This document shows positions 21,359-31,544 of a stretch of 64,000 nt of DNA, one piece after another (the first letter of the stretch is position 1; each line of letters starts with the position of its first letter). The notes beneath the pieces were generated by a model. The model saw only the letters and a program-made list of their open reading frames with translations. It searched no databases and had not been told where the DNA came from. Position numbers and translations under genes: made by a program. The DNA comes from Burkholderiales bacterium (GTDB lineage Bacteria > Pseudomonadota > Gammaproteobacteria > Burkholderiales > SG8-39), in contig JACZJU010000154.1 of assembly GCA_014860395.1 (NCBI GenBank), forward strand, positions 4,439 through 68,438, in the 5' to 3' direction.

Positions 21359-21742
21359 ATGAAATTTTCTCAGATTGTTTTGATTGCATTGCTTGGTACT
21401 GCCGTCGCCTTGCCCGGCTACGCTCAACCCGGTTCCGGCGGCGGCCCGGGCGCGGGGCCGGGCGCCGGCATGGGCCCCGGTCCCGGCAAAGGCCCAGCAG
21501 CCAAGCGGCCGCGCTTCCAGTTCAGTCAGGAAAACACCTTCGGCTGGAAGCTGATGAGCGCCGAGGAACACAGCGCGCATCGCGCCAAAATGCTGTCCGC
21601 CAAGACCTATGACGAATGCAAAGCCGTTCAGAACGAGCAGCACCAGCAGATGCAGGCGCGCGCCGAAGAGAAGCACATGACGCTGGCGGCGCCGCGCCAG
21701 AACGCCTGCGACCGCATGAAGGCTCGCGGTCTGTTGAAGTAG
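21359..21742 (+). CDS. Exported small protein with Gly/Pro-rich linker
   Basis: Signal peptide MKFSQIVLIALLGTAVALPGYA, then a (G/P/A) low-complexity tract, then a helical Lys/Glu/His-rich domain with two Cys (YDECKAV...NACDRM). No family recognised. Confidence 0.55.
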   Translation: MKFSQIVLIALLGTAVALPGYAQPGSGGGPGAGPGAGMGPGPGKGPAAKRPRFQFSQENTFGWKLMSAEEHSAHRAKMLSAKTYDECKAVQNEQHQQMQARAEEKHMTLAAPRQNACDRMKARGLLK

Positions 21743-21830
21743 GGCCGCTGGGTCCGGCGCCAGCGCGGTCCGCGATTCGGGTGCACGTCGCGCCTGCCCC
21801 AGCGAGACATTGTCGCAACTAGGAGTCCGC

Positions 21831-22307
21831 ATGATGGCCGAATCAATCGAACTGGATCGACAAGAAGAACGGGCGCTGCTCGCTGCCCTCGACGATGAAT
21901 ACAAGTCGCATGCGACCTATGATCAGGTAATCCGCGACTTCGGTCCGGTGCGCCCGTTTGTCAACATCGTCGAGGCGGAAGCGCGGCATATCGCGGCGCT
22001 GGTGACACTGTTCGATCGCTACGGCTTGCCCGTCCCGCCGGATCCGTGGCCAGGAAAAGCGCCTCGCTACCAAAGCGTCGACGCCGCCTGCGTCGCGGCC
22101 GTGCAAGCGGAGATCGACAACGCCGCGCTCTACGACCGCCTGCTCGCGAGCACACGCCGGCCCGACATCCTCGCCGTCCTTCAAGCGCTGCGTTCGGCCT
22201 CCCAGGACCGGCACCTGCCTGCGTTTCAGCGTTGTGCGCAGCGTTCCGCAGACGGCGGAGGCCACAGCGGCGCGGGGCGCCGTATGCGTGCAAGGGGTAG
22301 GGCGTGA
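21831..22307 (+). CDS. Ferritin-like DUF2202-family protein
   Basis: AGGAG lies 6 nt before the ATG at 21831. LLAALDDEYKSHATYDQVIRDFGPVRPFVNIVEAEARHIAALVTLFDRYGLPVP...AAVQAEIDNAALYDRLL...LQALRSASQDRHLPAF is a duplicated four-helix ferritin-like pattern. Confidence 0.7.
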   Translation: MMAESIELDRQEERALLAALDDEYKSHATYDQVIRDFGPVRPFVNIVEAEARHIAALVTLFDRYGLPVPPDPWPGKAPRYQSVDAACVAAVQAEIDNAALYDRLLASTRRPDILAVLQALRSASQDRHLPAFQRCAQRSADGGGHSGAGRRMRARGRA

Positions 22308-23314
22308 GCGCGATCGCCGAGAAAGGCGGCGGCACGTTCCAGGGCATCAAACTCTTGCTGTGCGAGAACCCGCTGCCGCCGATCGACGAGGCGATCGCCG
22401 CCGCCCAGGCAGCGGTGCCGCACGGCAACTTCTACACCGAACCCTATTCGGCGCCGCTGCGCCTACTCATCAGCGCGCAGCTCGGCGTGCCCGAACGCCT
22501 CATTCACATCAACGCCGGCTCCGAACTCATCCTGCGCCAGATCTTCGACCGCTTCGGCGGGCAGGTCCACCTGCTGACGCCGACCTATGCGCTTTTTCCG
22601 GAGATCTCGCAGCACTACACGCAGACACGGCTGTTGCCAGAAGATGACTTCGCCTTCGATCTTGCCCAAATGGCGATTCCGCCGGGCACCACGCTCGTTG
22701 TCATCGTGAACCCGAACAATCCCAATGGCGGTGTCTTCGACATGGCGCCCTTGCCGGACCTGCTGCGCCGCCACCCGCAGACGCGCTTCCTGATCGACGA
22801 GGCGTTCATCGGTCTGGCCGGGCAGTCAGTCGCGCATCTGGTGCCCGAGTATCCGAATCTGCTGGTGACCCGCACCCTGTCCAAGGCCCACAGCCTGGCG
22901 GGTTTTCGCATCGGCTACGGCATATTTCCGGAAACCATCGCCGACGACCTGAACGTCCACAACGACGCCTATCCGCTCGCCCGCCCGAGCGAGGCAGCGG
23001 CCATCGCCACACTGCAACATGAGGACAAGATTCATGCTCGCGCGGCGCAGCTGCGCAGTTGGACCGACGCGCTTGCGGCGCAATTGCACGCTCTGGGCGT
23101 GCGCAGCTACCCGACGCAGACCTATTTCTTCCTTGCCGACTTCGCGCCGCACGATGCCGCGCATTTGGCGCAAGCTCTGAAGGCAAGGGGAATTCTGATC
23201 AAGCCGCTGAACGATCCGGCGCTAGGCACAGGCTATATGCGCGTTACCACGGCGTTGCCCGAAGACAACGCCCGCTTCGTCGACGCGTTGCGGGAAGTGC
23301 TCGCGCATGCCTAG
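22304..23314 (+). CDS. PLP-dependent aminotransferase, class II (HisC-like)
   Basis: GTGA overlap with the DUF2202 gene. ...CENPLPP..., IVNPNNPNGG, and the PLP-lysine motif TRTLSKAHSLAGFRIGY. Confidence 0.85.
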   Translation: MSAIAEKGGGTFQGIKLLLCENPLPPIDEAIAAAQAAVPHGNFYTEPYSAPLRLLISAQLGVPERLIHINAGSELILRQIFDRFGGQVHLLTPTYALFPEISQHYTQTRLLPEDDFAFDLAQMAIPPGTTLVVIVNPNNPNGGVFDMAPLPDLLRRHPQTRFLIDEAFIGLAGQSVAHLVPEYPNLLVTRTLSKAHSLAGFRIGYGIFPETIADDLNVHNDAYPLARPSEAAAIATLQHEDKIHARAAQLRSWTDALAAQLHALGVRSYPTQTYFFLADFAPHDAAHLAQALKARGILIKPLNDPALGTGYMRVTTALPEDNARFVDALREVLAHA

Positions 23315-23942
23315 AGTCGCGCCCTTCGAGACCCACCACCAGCGCTACGAGGACTGGTTCGATAAGCACGAGGCCGCCTATCTCTCGGAGCTGCTCGCCC
23401 TGCGGCCGTTCGTGCCCTGGGAGGGTTGGGGAGTCGAGATCGGGGTGGGCAGCGGCCGCTTCGCCGCGCCGCTGGGCGTGCAGGTGGGTGTGGACCCCTC
23501 CCCCGCGATGCTCGGCCACGCTGCCGCACGAGGCATAGAAGTCGTGCAAGGCACGGCCGAAGCCCTGCCTCTCGCAGATGGCAGCTTCGACCACGCCCTC
23601 GCGGTGACCACCATCTGCTTTGTGGATTCACCGACGCAGATGCTGGTCGAAGCGCGCAGGGTGCTCAAGCCGGGCGGGCGCCTGGTGATCGGGTTCATCG
23701 ACCGGGACAGCGCCATGGGCCGGGATTATCTGGCGCACCAGGCCGAGAATGTGTTTTACCGCGAGGCCACCTTTTACTCTGCGGACGACGTGGCGCGGCT
23801 GCTGCAGGAAAGCGGCTTCGCTATCAGCGCCTGGGGCCAGACGCTGGCGCGTCCTCTGCCCGAGACGCGGGAAATCGAGCCGCTGCGGCCAGGACGCGGC
23901 GCATGCGCTTTCGTGGTTGTCGCAGCCACGCGCGAAGGTTGA
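23307..23942 (+). CDS. Class I SAM-dependent methyltransferase (Methyltransf_11-like)
   Basis: 8-nt overlap with the aminotransferase. Motif I is VEIGVGSGRFAAPLG and post-I is ...GVDPSPAMLG...; also LPLADGSFD and LKPGGRLVIG. Confidence 0.85.
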   Translation: MPRVAPFETHHQRYEDWFDKHEAAYLSELLALRPFVPWEGWGVEIGVGSGRFAAPLGVQVGVDPSPAMLGHAAARGIEVVQGTAEALPLADGSFDHALAVTTICFVDSPTQMLVEARRVLKPGGRLVIGFIDRDSAMGRDYLAHQAENVFYREATFYSADDVARLLQESGFAISAWGQTLARPLPETREIEPLRPGRGACAFVVVAATREG

Positions 23943-23945
23943 AAC

Positions 23946-24803
23946 GTGGGAACGATTGCCCGGATCGTCGCGATCGCAATCGCGCTCTGCGCTTTGCACG
24001 CCAGCGCTGCGCCCGTTTCCGTACCGTTGCCGGTGTTCGTGAGCATCCTGCCGCAAAAGTATTTCGTCGAGCGCGTCGGCGGCGGGCGGGTCGCGGTTTC
24101 AGTGATGGTGGGCCCCGGGCAGAGCCCGGCAACCTATGAGCCGACGCCACGCCAGATGACGGCGCTGTCCCAGGCGCGACTTTACCTTTCCATCGGTGTG
24201 GCATTCGAGGACACCTGGATGAAGCGCATCCGGGCCGCGAATCCCGCCTTGCACGTGGTGCCCATAGAGCGCGGCGTGGCGCTGCTGCCCCTGACCGGCG
24301 CGGAGGGCGGGCCTGACGGAACAGACCCGCACGTCTGGACCAGCCCGCAACGGGTGAAAATCATGGCGGCAAGCATCCGCGATGCCCTGATCGGGACGGA
24401 CCCCGCACATCGTGACGGATACGAATCGAATTACCTTGCGTTCATCGCCGAGCTGGACGCGCTGGACCGGGATATCCGCGCCATCCTCGCGCAGGCCAAA
24501 GGCAAGCCCTTCCTGGTGTTTCATCCCTCCTGGGGTTACTTCGCCGACGATTACGGGCTGCGCCAGATTCCGATCGAGGCCGAAGGCAAGGAACCGGGAG
24601 CCAGGACACTCGCGCGCGTGATCGATCTCGGCAAGCGGGAGCGCGTGAAAGTGCTCTTCGTGCAAACCCAGTTCAGCCGGCGCACTGCCGAATCCGTTGC
24701 CGGCGCGATCGGCGCCAAAGTGGTGGCAGTCGACCCGCTGGCGGAAGACTATCCGCAAAACCTGCTGCGGGTCGCGCATGCATTCGCCGACGCCCTGAAA
24801 TGA
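23946..24803 (+). CDS. Cluster A-I (TroA/ZnuA-like) metal ABC transporter substrate-binding protein
   Basis: Starts 3 nt after the methyltransferase stop and has a signal peptide. DPHVW, FHPSWGYF and VDPL motifs are present. There is no His-rich loop, and the first ligand motif reads SPATYEP instead of the usual PH.YEP. Confidence 0.85.
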   Translation: MGTIARIVAIAIALCALHASAAPVSVPLPVFVSILPQKYFVERVGGGRVAVSVMVGPGQSPATYEPTPRQMTALSQARLYLSIGVAFEDTWMKRIRAANPALHVVPIERGVALLPLTGAEGGPDGTDPHVWTSPQRVKIMAASIRDALIGTDPAHRDGYESNYLAFIAELDALDRDIRAILAQAKGKPFLVFHPSWGYFADDYGLRQIPIEAEGKEPGARTLARVIDLGKRERVKVLFVQTQFSRRTAESVAGAIGAKVVAVDPLAEDYPQNLLRVAHAFADALK

Positions 24804-25552
24804 CACCGGTCATCGAGCTTCAGGACGTTTCCTACGCCTACGACATCGGCCCGCCGGCGCTGGAGCATGTCAGCCTGACGGTGGCCGAAGGCGAGTTCCT
24901 GGGCCTGGTGGGGCCGAACGGCGGCGGCAAGAGCACCCTGCTCAGACTCGTGCTCGGACTGCTCCAGCCCGCTTCGGGTGCGGTGCGCGTGGCCGGCGCA
25001 AGCCCGCAGGAATCGCGCAGGGTGATCGGCTATGTGCCGCAATATGCCCGCTTCGGCCGCGAGTTCCCGATTTCGGTGGAGGACACGGTCCTGCTCGGAA
25101 GGCTCGGCACGACCGGGTTGCTCGGCGGCTACCGCGTCGCGGACCGCGAGGCGGCGCGCCTGGCGATGACCCAGACCGAGGTGCTCGATCTGCGCCGGCG
25201 CCCGCTCGGCAGCCTTTCCGGCGGACAATTGCAGCGCGTGCTGGTGGCGCGGGCGCTCGCCTGCGACCCGCGCATCCTGATCCTGGACGAGCCCACCGCC
25301 AACATCGACATGCGCGCCGAGACCGATATCTTCGACCTGTTCAAGGCGCTGAACCAGCGCATGACCATCGTCGTCGTATCCCATGACATCGGTTTCATCT
25401 CGCGCTACGTGACCCGCGTGGCCTGCCTCAACCGCACCCTGCTGTGCCACCAACCCGTTCCGATCGGGTCGGAAGTGATCGAAAGACTCTACGGCATGCA
25501 GATGCAGCTCATCCCGCACAACCATGCATTTGAAAGGGAGGCGAAGACATGA
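24800..25552 (+). CDS. Metal ABC transporter ATP-binding protein (ZnuC/TroB-like)
   Basis: Walker A GPNGGGKST, signature LSGGQLQR, Walker B ILILDEP. 4-nt overlap upstream. Confidence 0.9.
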   Translation: MTPVIELQDVSYAYDIGPPALEHVSLTVAEGEFLGLVGPNGGGKSTLLRLVLGLLQPASGAVRVAGASPQESRRVIGYVPQYARFGREFPISVEDTVLLGRLGTTGLLGGYRVADREAARLAMTQTEVLDLRRRPLGSLSGGQLQRVLVARALACDPRILILDEPTANIDMRAETDIFDLFKALNQRMTIVVVSHDIGFISRYVTRVACLNRTLLCHQPVPIGSEVIERLYGMQMQLIPHNHAFEREAKT

Positions 25553-26403
25553 GCGCGTTTCTCGATGCGCTTGCGCTTCACGCGTTTCTGCAGCATGCCC
25601 TGGCAGCAGGTCTGCTCGCCAGCATCGCCTGCGGCATCGTCGGCAGCTATGTCGTGGTGAAGCGCATCGGCTACCTCGCCGGCGGCGTGGCCCACACCGC
25701 GCTGGGCGGCATGGGTATCGCCTATTTTCTGGGCAAAAGCCCGATCGGCGGCGCGCTCGTCGCGGCGCTGCTGGCGGCGCTGATCATCGGCTGGGTGAGT
25801 CTGCGCTTCCGCCAACACGAAGACACCATCATCGGCGCGCTGTGGGCGGTGGGCATGGCCATCGGAATACTCTTCATCTCGCGCACGCCGGGTTACAACG
25901 TGGACCTGATGAGCTACCTGTTCGGCAATATTCTGATGGTGTCGCGCGCGGATCTGCTGCTCATGGCGGGGCTGGACGGCGCGATCATCGCCCTGGTGGC
26001 AATGTTTCGCAGGCAGTTTCTCGCCGTGTGCTTCGACGAGGAGTTCGCCCGCCTGCGCGGCGTGCCGGTCGAGGTTTTCTACCTGGGACTGCTGCTGATC
26101 GTGGCGCTGACCGTGGTGATCCTGATCCAGGTGGTGGGCCTGGTGCTGGTGATCGCGCTTTTGACCCTGCCCGCCGCCATCGCCAGCCAGTATGCGCGCT
26201 CGCTCGCTGCCATGATGTTCGCGGCGACGCTGCTCGGGGTGACGTTCACCGGCGCGGGACTGGCGCTTTCCTATGAACCCGACCTGCCCGCGGGCGCCAC
26301 CATCATCCTGCTCGCCGGCCTGGCCTACCTGCTTTCGGCCTTGGGCCGCGCAATCTGGCTGCGCAGGCGTCGCACCTTTGCTTTGCCGAACCCGACGCCA
26401 TGA
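25549..26403 (+). CDS. Metal ABC transporter permease (ZnuB/TroC-like)
   Basis: An 8-9 TM ABC-3 family pattern (...AGLLASIACGIVGSYVVVKRIGYLAGGVAHT...). 4-nt overlap upstream. Confidence 0.9.
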   Translation: MSAFLDALALHAFLQHALAAGLLASIACGIVGSYVVVKRIGYLAGGVAHTALGGMGIAYFLGKSPIGGALVAALLAALIIGWVSLRFRQHEDTIIGALWAVGMAIGILFISRTPGYNVDLMSYLFGNILMVSRADLLLMAGLDGAIIALVAMFRRQFLAVCFDEEFARLRGVPVEVFYLGLLLIVALTVVILIQVVGLVLVIALLTLPAAIASQYARSLAAMMFAATLLGVTFTGAGLALSYEPDLPAGATIILLAGLAYLLSALGRAIWLRRRRTFALPNPTP

Positions 26404-26475
26404 GCGATTGCCCCATCGCTTGGATCAGTTTTACCGCTCTGTCGGGATAGGTCAGCGTTGACAATTGTCAAGATA

Positions 26476-26494
26476 GCGCCGCGCTCAGCGGCGC
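26476..26494 (+). terminator. GC hairpin downstream of the metal ABC operon
   Basis: GCGCCGC-gctca-GCGGCGC followed by ATTATC. The U-tract is poor, so the function is uncertain. Confidence 0.35.
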
Positions 26495-26712
26495 ATTATC
26501 GGTGGCAGATGATGTTGAAGCGGCGAGGCCATGGCATCACTTCGCAAACGTTTTGAGGTCCGATCACGCACTCCAACGCTGATCATGGCCGCCCCTGGCA
26601 GGGCGCAAGCCGGTTTCCGAATTGCGTTTGCTGTAATATGGCCGCAACGCCAGGTACCGACAATGCATGTTTGCCTGCATCCTCAGGCGCTTTCCCTCGA
26701 AAGGAGTTCATC

Positions 26713-28038
26713 ATGAAGATCAAGAAACTTAGCCTCGCACTCGCCCTGGCGTGTGCCTTCGGCGTAGGCAGTGCCCAGGCCGCCACCGAAATCCAGTGGT
26801 GGCACGCCATGACCGGCGCCCTCGCCGATCAGGTCAACAGCATCGCCGACAAGTTCAATGCCTCTCAGTCGGCCTACAAGGTGGTGCCGGTGTACAAGGG
26901 CAGCTATGCCGATACGATGACCGCCGCGATCGCCGCGTACCGCTCCGGCAAAGCACCGGACATCGTGCAGATATTCGAAGTCGGCACCGCCACCATGATG
27001 GCGGGGGGAAAGGCGATCAAGCCGGTGTACGAAGTGATGGCGCAGGCGCACGAGAAATTCGACCCCAAGGCCTATATGCCGGCCGTGACCAGTTACTACA
27101 GCGACACCCAAGGGCGCATGCTGTCGATGCCGTTCAACAGCTCGACCCCGGTATTGTTCTATAACAAGGACATGTTCAAGAAGGCCGGCCTGGATCCGAA
27201 CAAGCCTCCCAAGACTTGGGACGAAGTTGGAGCCGACGCGGCCAAGCTCAAGGAGGCCGGTATCGCCTGCCCCTACACGACCTCCTGGGAATCCTGGGTG
27301 CAGTTGGAAAACATGAGCGCCTGGCATAACCAGGAATTCGCCACCAAGCAGAACGGCTTCGGCGGCCTCGATGCCAAGCTCAGTTTCAACAACGAAGTAA
27401 TAGTGCGCCACATCGCCAAGCTGTCGTCCTGGGTGAAATCGGGCCTGTTCATCTACGCCGGCCGCGGTAACCAAGGGGACGCGAAGTTCTACGGTGGCGA
27501 CTGCGCCATGTCTACCGCTTCGTCCGCCCTATACGGGCATATCACACGCAGTTCGAAGTTCGAATTCGGCGTATCGGAGCTGCCCTACTACCCCGAAGTC
27601 AAGGGCGCGCCGCAGAACACGATCATCGGCGGTGCCAGCTTGTGGGTGATGGGGGGCAAGAAACCGATCGAGTACAAGGGCGTGGCGAAGTTCTTCACCT
27701 TCCTGTCATCGCCGGAAATCCAGGCCGAGTGGCACCAGAAGACCGGCTATGTGCCGATCACCAAGGCGGCCTACGAACTCACCAGGAAACAGGGCTTCTA
27801 TGAGACCCACCCCGGCACCGACGTCGCCATTCAGCAGCTGCTGCTGCGGAATCCGACCAAGGACTCCAAGGGCATACGCCTGGGCTATTTGCCGCAGATC
27901 CGCAACATTATCGACGAAGAGTTGGAAGCGGTGTGGGCGCAGAAGAAAGGGCCGAAACAGGCACTGGACGACGCAGTAGCTCGCGGCGACGTCGAGCTGC
28001 GCAAGTTCGAGCGCGCCAACAAGGCAGGCGCGCGCTGA
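26713..28038 (+). CDS. ugpB: sn-Glycerol-3-phosphate ABC transporter substrate-binding protein
   Basis: AAGGAG RBS and ATG at 26713. Signal peptide MKIKKLSLALALACAFGVGSAQA, then ATEIQWWHAMTGAL...; ugpA/E/C/Q follow it. Confidence 0.9.
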   Translation: MKIKKLSLALALACAFGVGSAQAATEIQWWHAMTGALADQVNSIADKFNASQSAYKVVPVYKGSYADTMTAAIAAYRSGKAPDIVQIFEVGTATMMAGGKAIKPVYEVMAQAHEKFDPKAYMPAVTSYYSDTQGRMLSMPFNSSTPVLFYNKDMFKKAGLDPNKPPKTWDEVGADAAKLKEAGIACPYTTSWESWVQLENMSAWHNQEFATKQNGFGGLDAKLSFNNEVIVRHIAKLSSWVKSGLFIYAGRGNQGDAKFYGGDCAMSTASSALYGHITRSSKFEFGVSELPYYPEVKGAPQNTIIGGASLWVMGGKKPIEYKGVAKFFTFLSSPEIQAEWHQKTGYVPITKAAYELTRKQGFYETHPGTDVAIQQLLLRNPTKDSKGIRLGYLPQIRNIIDEELEAVWAQKKGPKQALDDAVARGDVELRKFERANKAGAR

Positions 28039-28059
28039 ACCCCGGCCGGACCAAAGTTT

Positions 28060-28088
28060 GAGGAACGGCCCCTAGGGGCCGTTTCCTC
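28060..28088 (+). other. Intercistronic stem-loop between ugpB and ugpA
   Basis: GAGGAACGGCCCCTAGGGGCCGTTTCCTC is a roughly 12-bp stem with one bulge, a common device for differential SBP/permease expression. Confidence 0.5.
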
Positions 28089-28095
28089 GTTCCGC

Positions 28096-28977
28096 ATGGA
28101 AAAGCGCACACAGTTCCCCGTAGGCTGGCTGCCCTATGCCCTGGTGGCGCCGCAGCTCGCCATCACCATCGTATTTTTCATCTGGCCTGCAGGCCAGGCG
28201 CTGTGGCAATCGCTGCTGGTGCAGGACGCCTTCGGCATCCACACCGAATTCGTCTGGTTCGAAAACTTCCAGGTACTGTTCGCCGACCCGACCTACCTGG
28301 AATCCTTCAGGGTGACCGCCGTGTTCGCCACGCTGGTCACCAGCCTGGGCCTCGGCAGCGCGCTGGTGCTCGCCGCCGCCTGCGACCATGTGATCCGCGG
28401 CGCCAGGACCTACCAGACGCTGATCATCTGGCCCTACGCGGTGGCGCCGGCGATAGCCGCGGTGCTGTGGACCTTCATGTTCAACCCGACTGTCGGCATT
28501 CTCGCCTACGGACTGGAGCAAATCGGCTACCACTGGAACCATCAGCTCAATGGCGGCCAGGCCATGGCCCTGATTGTGATCTCCGGCCTGTTCAAGCTGA
28601 TCCCCTACGACTTCCTGTTCTTCCTCGCCGGGCTGCAATCGATCCCGAAATCTCTGATCGAGGCCGCCGCCATCGACGGCGCGGGACCGGTGAAGCGCTT
28701 TCTGACCATTTCCTTTCCTTTGCTGTCGCCGACCTCCTTTTTCCTCCTGGTGGTGAACCTGGTTTACGCGTTTTTCGATACCTTCGGCATCATCGACGCG
28801 GCCACGCAGGGCGGGCCATTCAGGTCGACCACGGTACTGGTGTACAAGGTATTCCAGGACGGGTTCAAGGGCCTGGACCTGGGCGGTTCCGCAGCGCAGT
28901 CGGTGGTCCTGATGGCGATCGTCATTTCGCTCACCGTAGTGCAGTTCCGCTATATCGAACGCAAAGTCCAATACTGA
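28096..28977 (+). CDS. ugpA: sn-Glycerol-3-phosphate ABC transporter permease
   Basis: MalF/UgpA-type permease with the EAA loop ...[25 protein letters not shown]... Confidence 0.9.
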   Translation: MEKRTQFPVGWLPYALVAPQLAITIVFFIWPAGQALWQSLLVQDAFGIHTEFVWFENFQVLFADPTYLESFRVTAVFATLVTSLGLGSALVLAAACDHVIRGARTYQTLIIWPYAVAPAIAAVLWTFMFNPTVGILAYGLEQIGYHWNHQLNGGQAMALIVISGLFKLIPYDFLFFLAGLQSIPKSLIEAAAIDGAGPVKRFLTISFPLLSPTSFFLLVVNLVYAFFDTFGIIDAATQGGPFRSTTVLVYKVFQDGFKGLDLGGSAAQSVVLMAIVISLTVVQFRYIERKVQY

Positions 28978-29825
28978 TGATCGAACACCGCCCTGGTTTC
29001 ACTTTTTTCTGCCATGCGCTGCTGATTGCGAGCATCGTGGTGGTGGCGTTCCCGCTGTACATTGCCTTTGTTGCCTCGACGCACACCGCCGGTCGCATGT
29101 TCGAGTTCCCGCTACCGCTGCTGCCGGGCGGCGAAATGCTGCACAATTACGCCACCGTGCTCCAACACGGCGTCGCCGGCGCCAGCACGGCGCCGGTCGG
29201 CCGCATGATGTTCAACAGCTTGGTGATGGCGCTCACCATCGCCATCGGCAAGATAGCCATCTCGATACTGTCGGCGTTCGCCATCGTCTACTTCCGCTTC
29301 CCGCTGAAGAACTTCTTCTTCTGGATGATATTCATCACCCTGATGCTGCCGGTGGAAGTGCGCATCCTGCCCACCTACAAAGTGGTGGCGGACCTCGGCC
29401 TGCTCGACACCTACGCCGGACTGAGCGTGCCCCTGATCGCATCGGCGACCGCAACGTTCCTGTTCCGCCAGTTCTTTCTCACCATTCCGGACGAACTGAT
29501 GGAGGCGGCGCGCATCGACGGCGCCAGCGCGCTGCGCTTCTTCTGGGACATCGTGCTACCGCTATCGAAGACAAATATGGCGGCGCTGTTTGTGATCCTG
29601 TTCATCTATGGCTGGAACCAGTACCTGTGGCCGCTGCTGGTCACGACGCAGGAGGACATGTACACCGTGGTCATCGGCATCAAGCGCATGATTCCCGGCG
29701 GCGAATCCTCGGTGGACTGGAATCTGGTCATGGCCACTGCCATGCTGGCGCTCACCCCTCCGGCGCTGGTAGTGCTGCTGATGCAACGCTGGTTCGTCAA
29801 AGGTCTGGTCGAGACGGAAAAGTAA
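28977..29825 (+). CDS. ugpE: sn-Glycerol-3-phosphate ABC transporter permease
   Basis: The ATG at 28977 overlaps the ugp[20 protein letters not shown]..., with EAA loop [24 protein letters not shown]. The earlier part of the 540-aa track ORF is a shadow frame. Confidence 0.9.
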   Translation: MIEHRPGFTFFCHALLIASIVVVAFPLYIAFVASTHTAGRMFEFPLPLLPGGEMLHNYATVLQHGVAGASTAPVGRMMFNSLVMALTIAIGKIAISILSAFAIVYFRFPLKNFFFWMIFITLMLPVEVRILPTYKVVADLGLLDTYAGLSVPLIASATATFLFRQFFLTIPDELMEAARIDGASALRFFWDIVLPLSKTNMAALFVILFIYGWNQYLWPLLVTTQEDMYTVVIGIKRMIPGGESSVDWNLVMATAMLALTPPALVVLLMQRWFVKGLVETEK

Positions 29826-29907
29826 CTACAGCCGTTTTCGCATTGTGCCGAAACGGCTTTAACCAAGGGAGGATGAGGGAGAATACCCCTTCATCGGAAT
29901 ACCGAAA

Positions 29908-30975
<1,068 letters not shown>

Positions 30976-30981
30976 TAGCTT

Positions 30982-31008
30982 GGTCGTTTCAGAATTACCG
31001 AAACGACC
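30982..31008. repeat. REP-like palindromic unit (family B)
   Basis: GGTCGTTTC-agaattacc-GAAACGACC, a 9-bp perfect stem, 7 nt after the ugpC stop. Confidence 0.6.
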
Positions 31009-31090
31009 CAGACTTGGGGGCGCACGAGGGGCCGAGCAAGGTTTGGACCCCTTCCGTTCCCACCCGGATCCCGCCGTTTCGTGACAGCCG

Positions 31091-31543
31091 ATGAAAGCCG
31101 GGCTGCTGCGCTTGGGCATGAACCTGTGGCCACCGTTTCGCGGCGCCGGCATCCGCGTGCGCCGCATCGCGCCGGATTACCGCGAGATCGAGGTCGAGCT
31201 CTCGCGCAAATGGCATAACCGCAACTACATCGGCACGCATTTCGGCGGCAGCCTCTACGCCATGACCGATCCGTTCTACATGCTGATGCTGATCCACGTG
31301 CTCGGGCCCGAATACGTCGTTTCGCATCAGGCCGGTTCGATCGAGTACCTGATCGCGACCAGGAAAAAGGTGCGGGCGCGCTTCACCATTGACGATGCGA
31401 CTATCGCCGACATCAAGGCGCACACGGCATCGGGCGAGAAATATCTGCCGCAAATGGCAGTGGAAGTGAAAACCGATTCCGGCGACACCGTCGCCCGCGT
31501 CGTGCACACGCTGTATGTGCGCAAGAAACAAGTGCGAACATGA
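31091..31543 (+). CDS. Hotdog-fold thioesterase-like protein (DUF4442-like)
   Basis: ...NRNYIGTHFGGSLYAMTDPFYMLML...; about 150 aa. Assignment from memory of the family pattern, inserted between ugpC and ugpQ. Confidence 0.6.
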   Translation: MKAGLLRLGMNLWPPFRGAGIRVRRIAPDYREIEVELSRKWHNRNYIGTHFGGSLYAMTDPFYMLMLIHVLGPEYVVSHQAGSIEYLIATRKKVRARFTIDDATIADIKAHTASGEKYLPQMAVEVKTDSGDTVARVVHTLYVRKKQVRT

Positions 31544-31544
31544 A

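Noticed and set aside
20528-21360. Three overlapping minus-strand ORFs (211-220 aa) across the 20633..21142 gene and the following spacer
   Set aside because: All are Arg/Pro/Ala-rich shadow frames. The plus-strand ORF has an RBS and a coherent domain/TM architecture. I also looked for a decayed gene in 21143-21358 and could not recognise one.
26620-26650. Pho-box-like CTGTAAT half site upstream of ugpB
   Set aside because: There is only one weak half site, with no second direct repeat at the required 11-bp phase.
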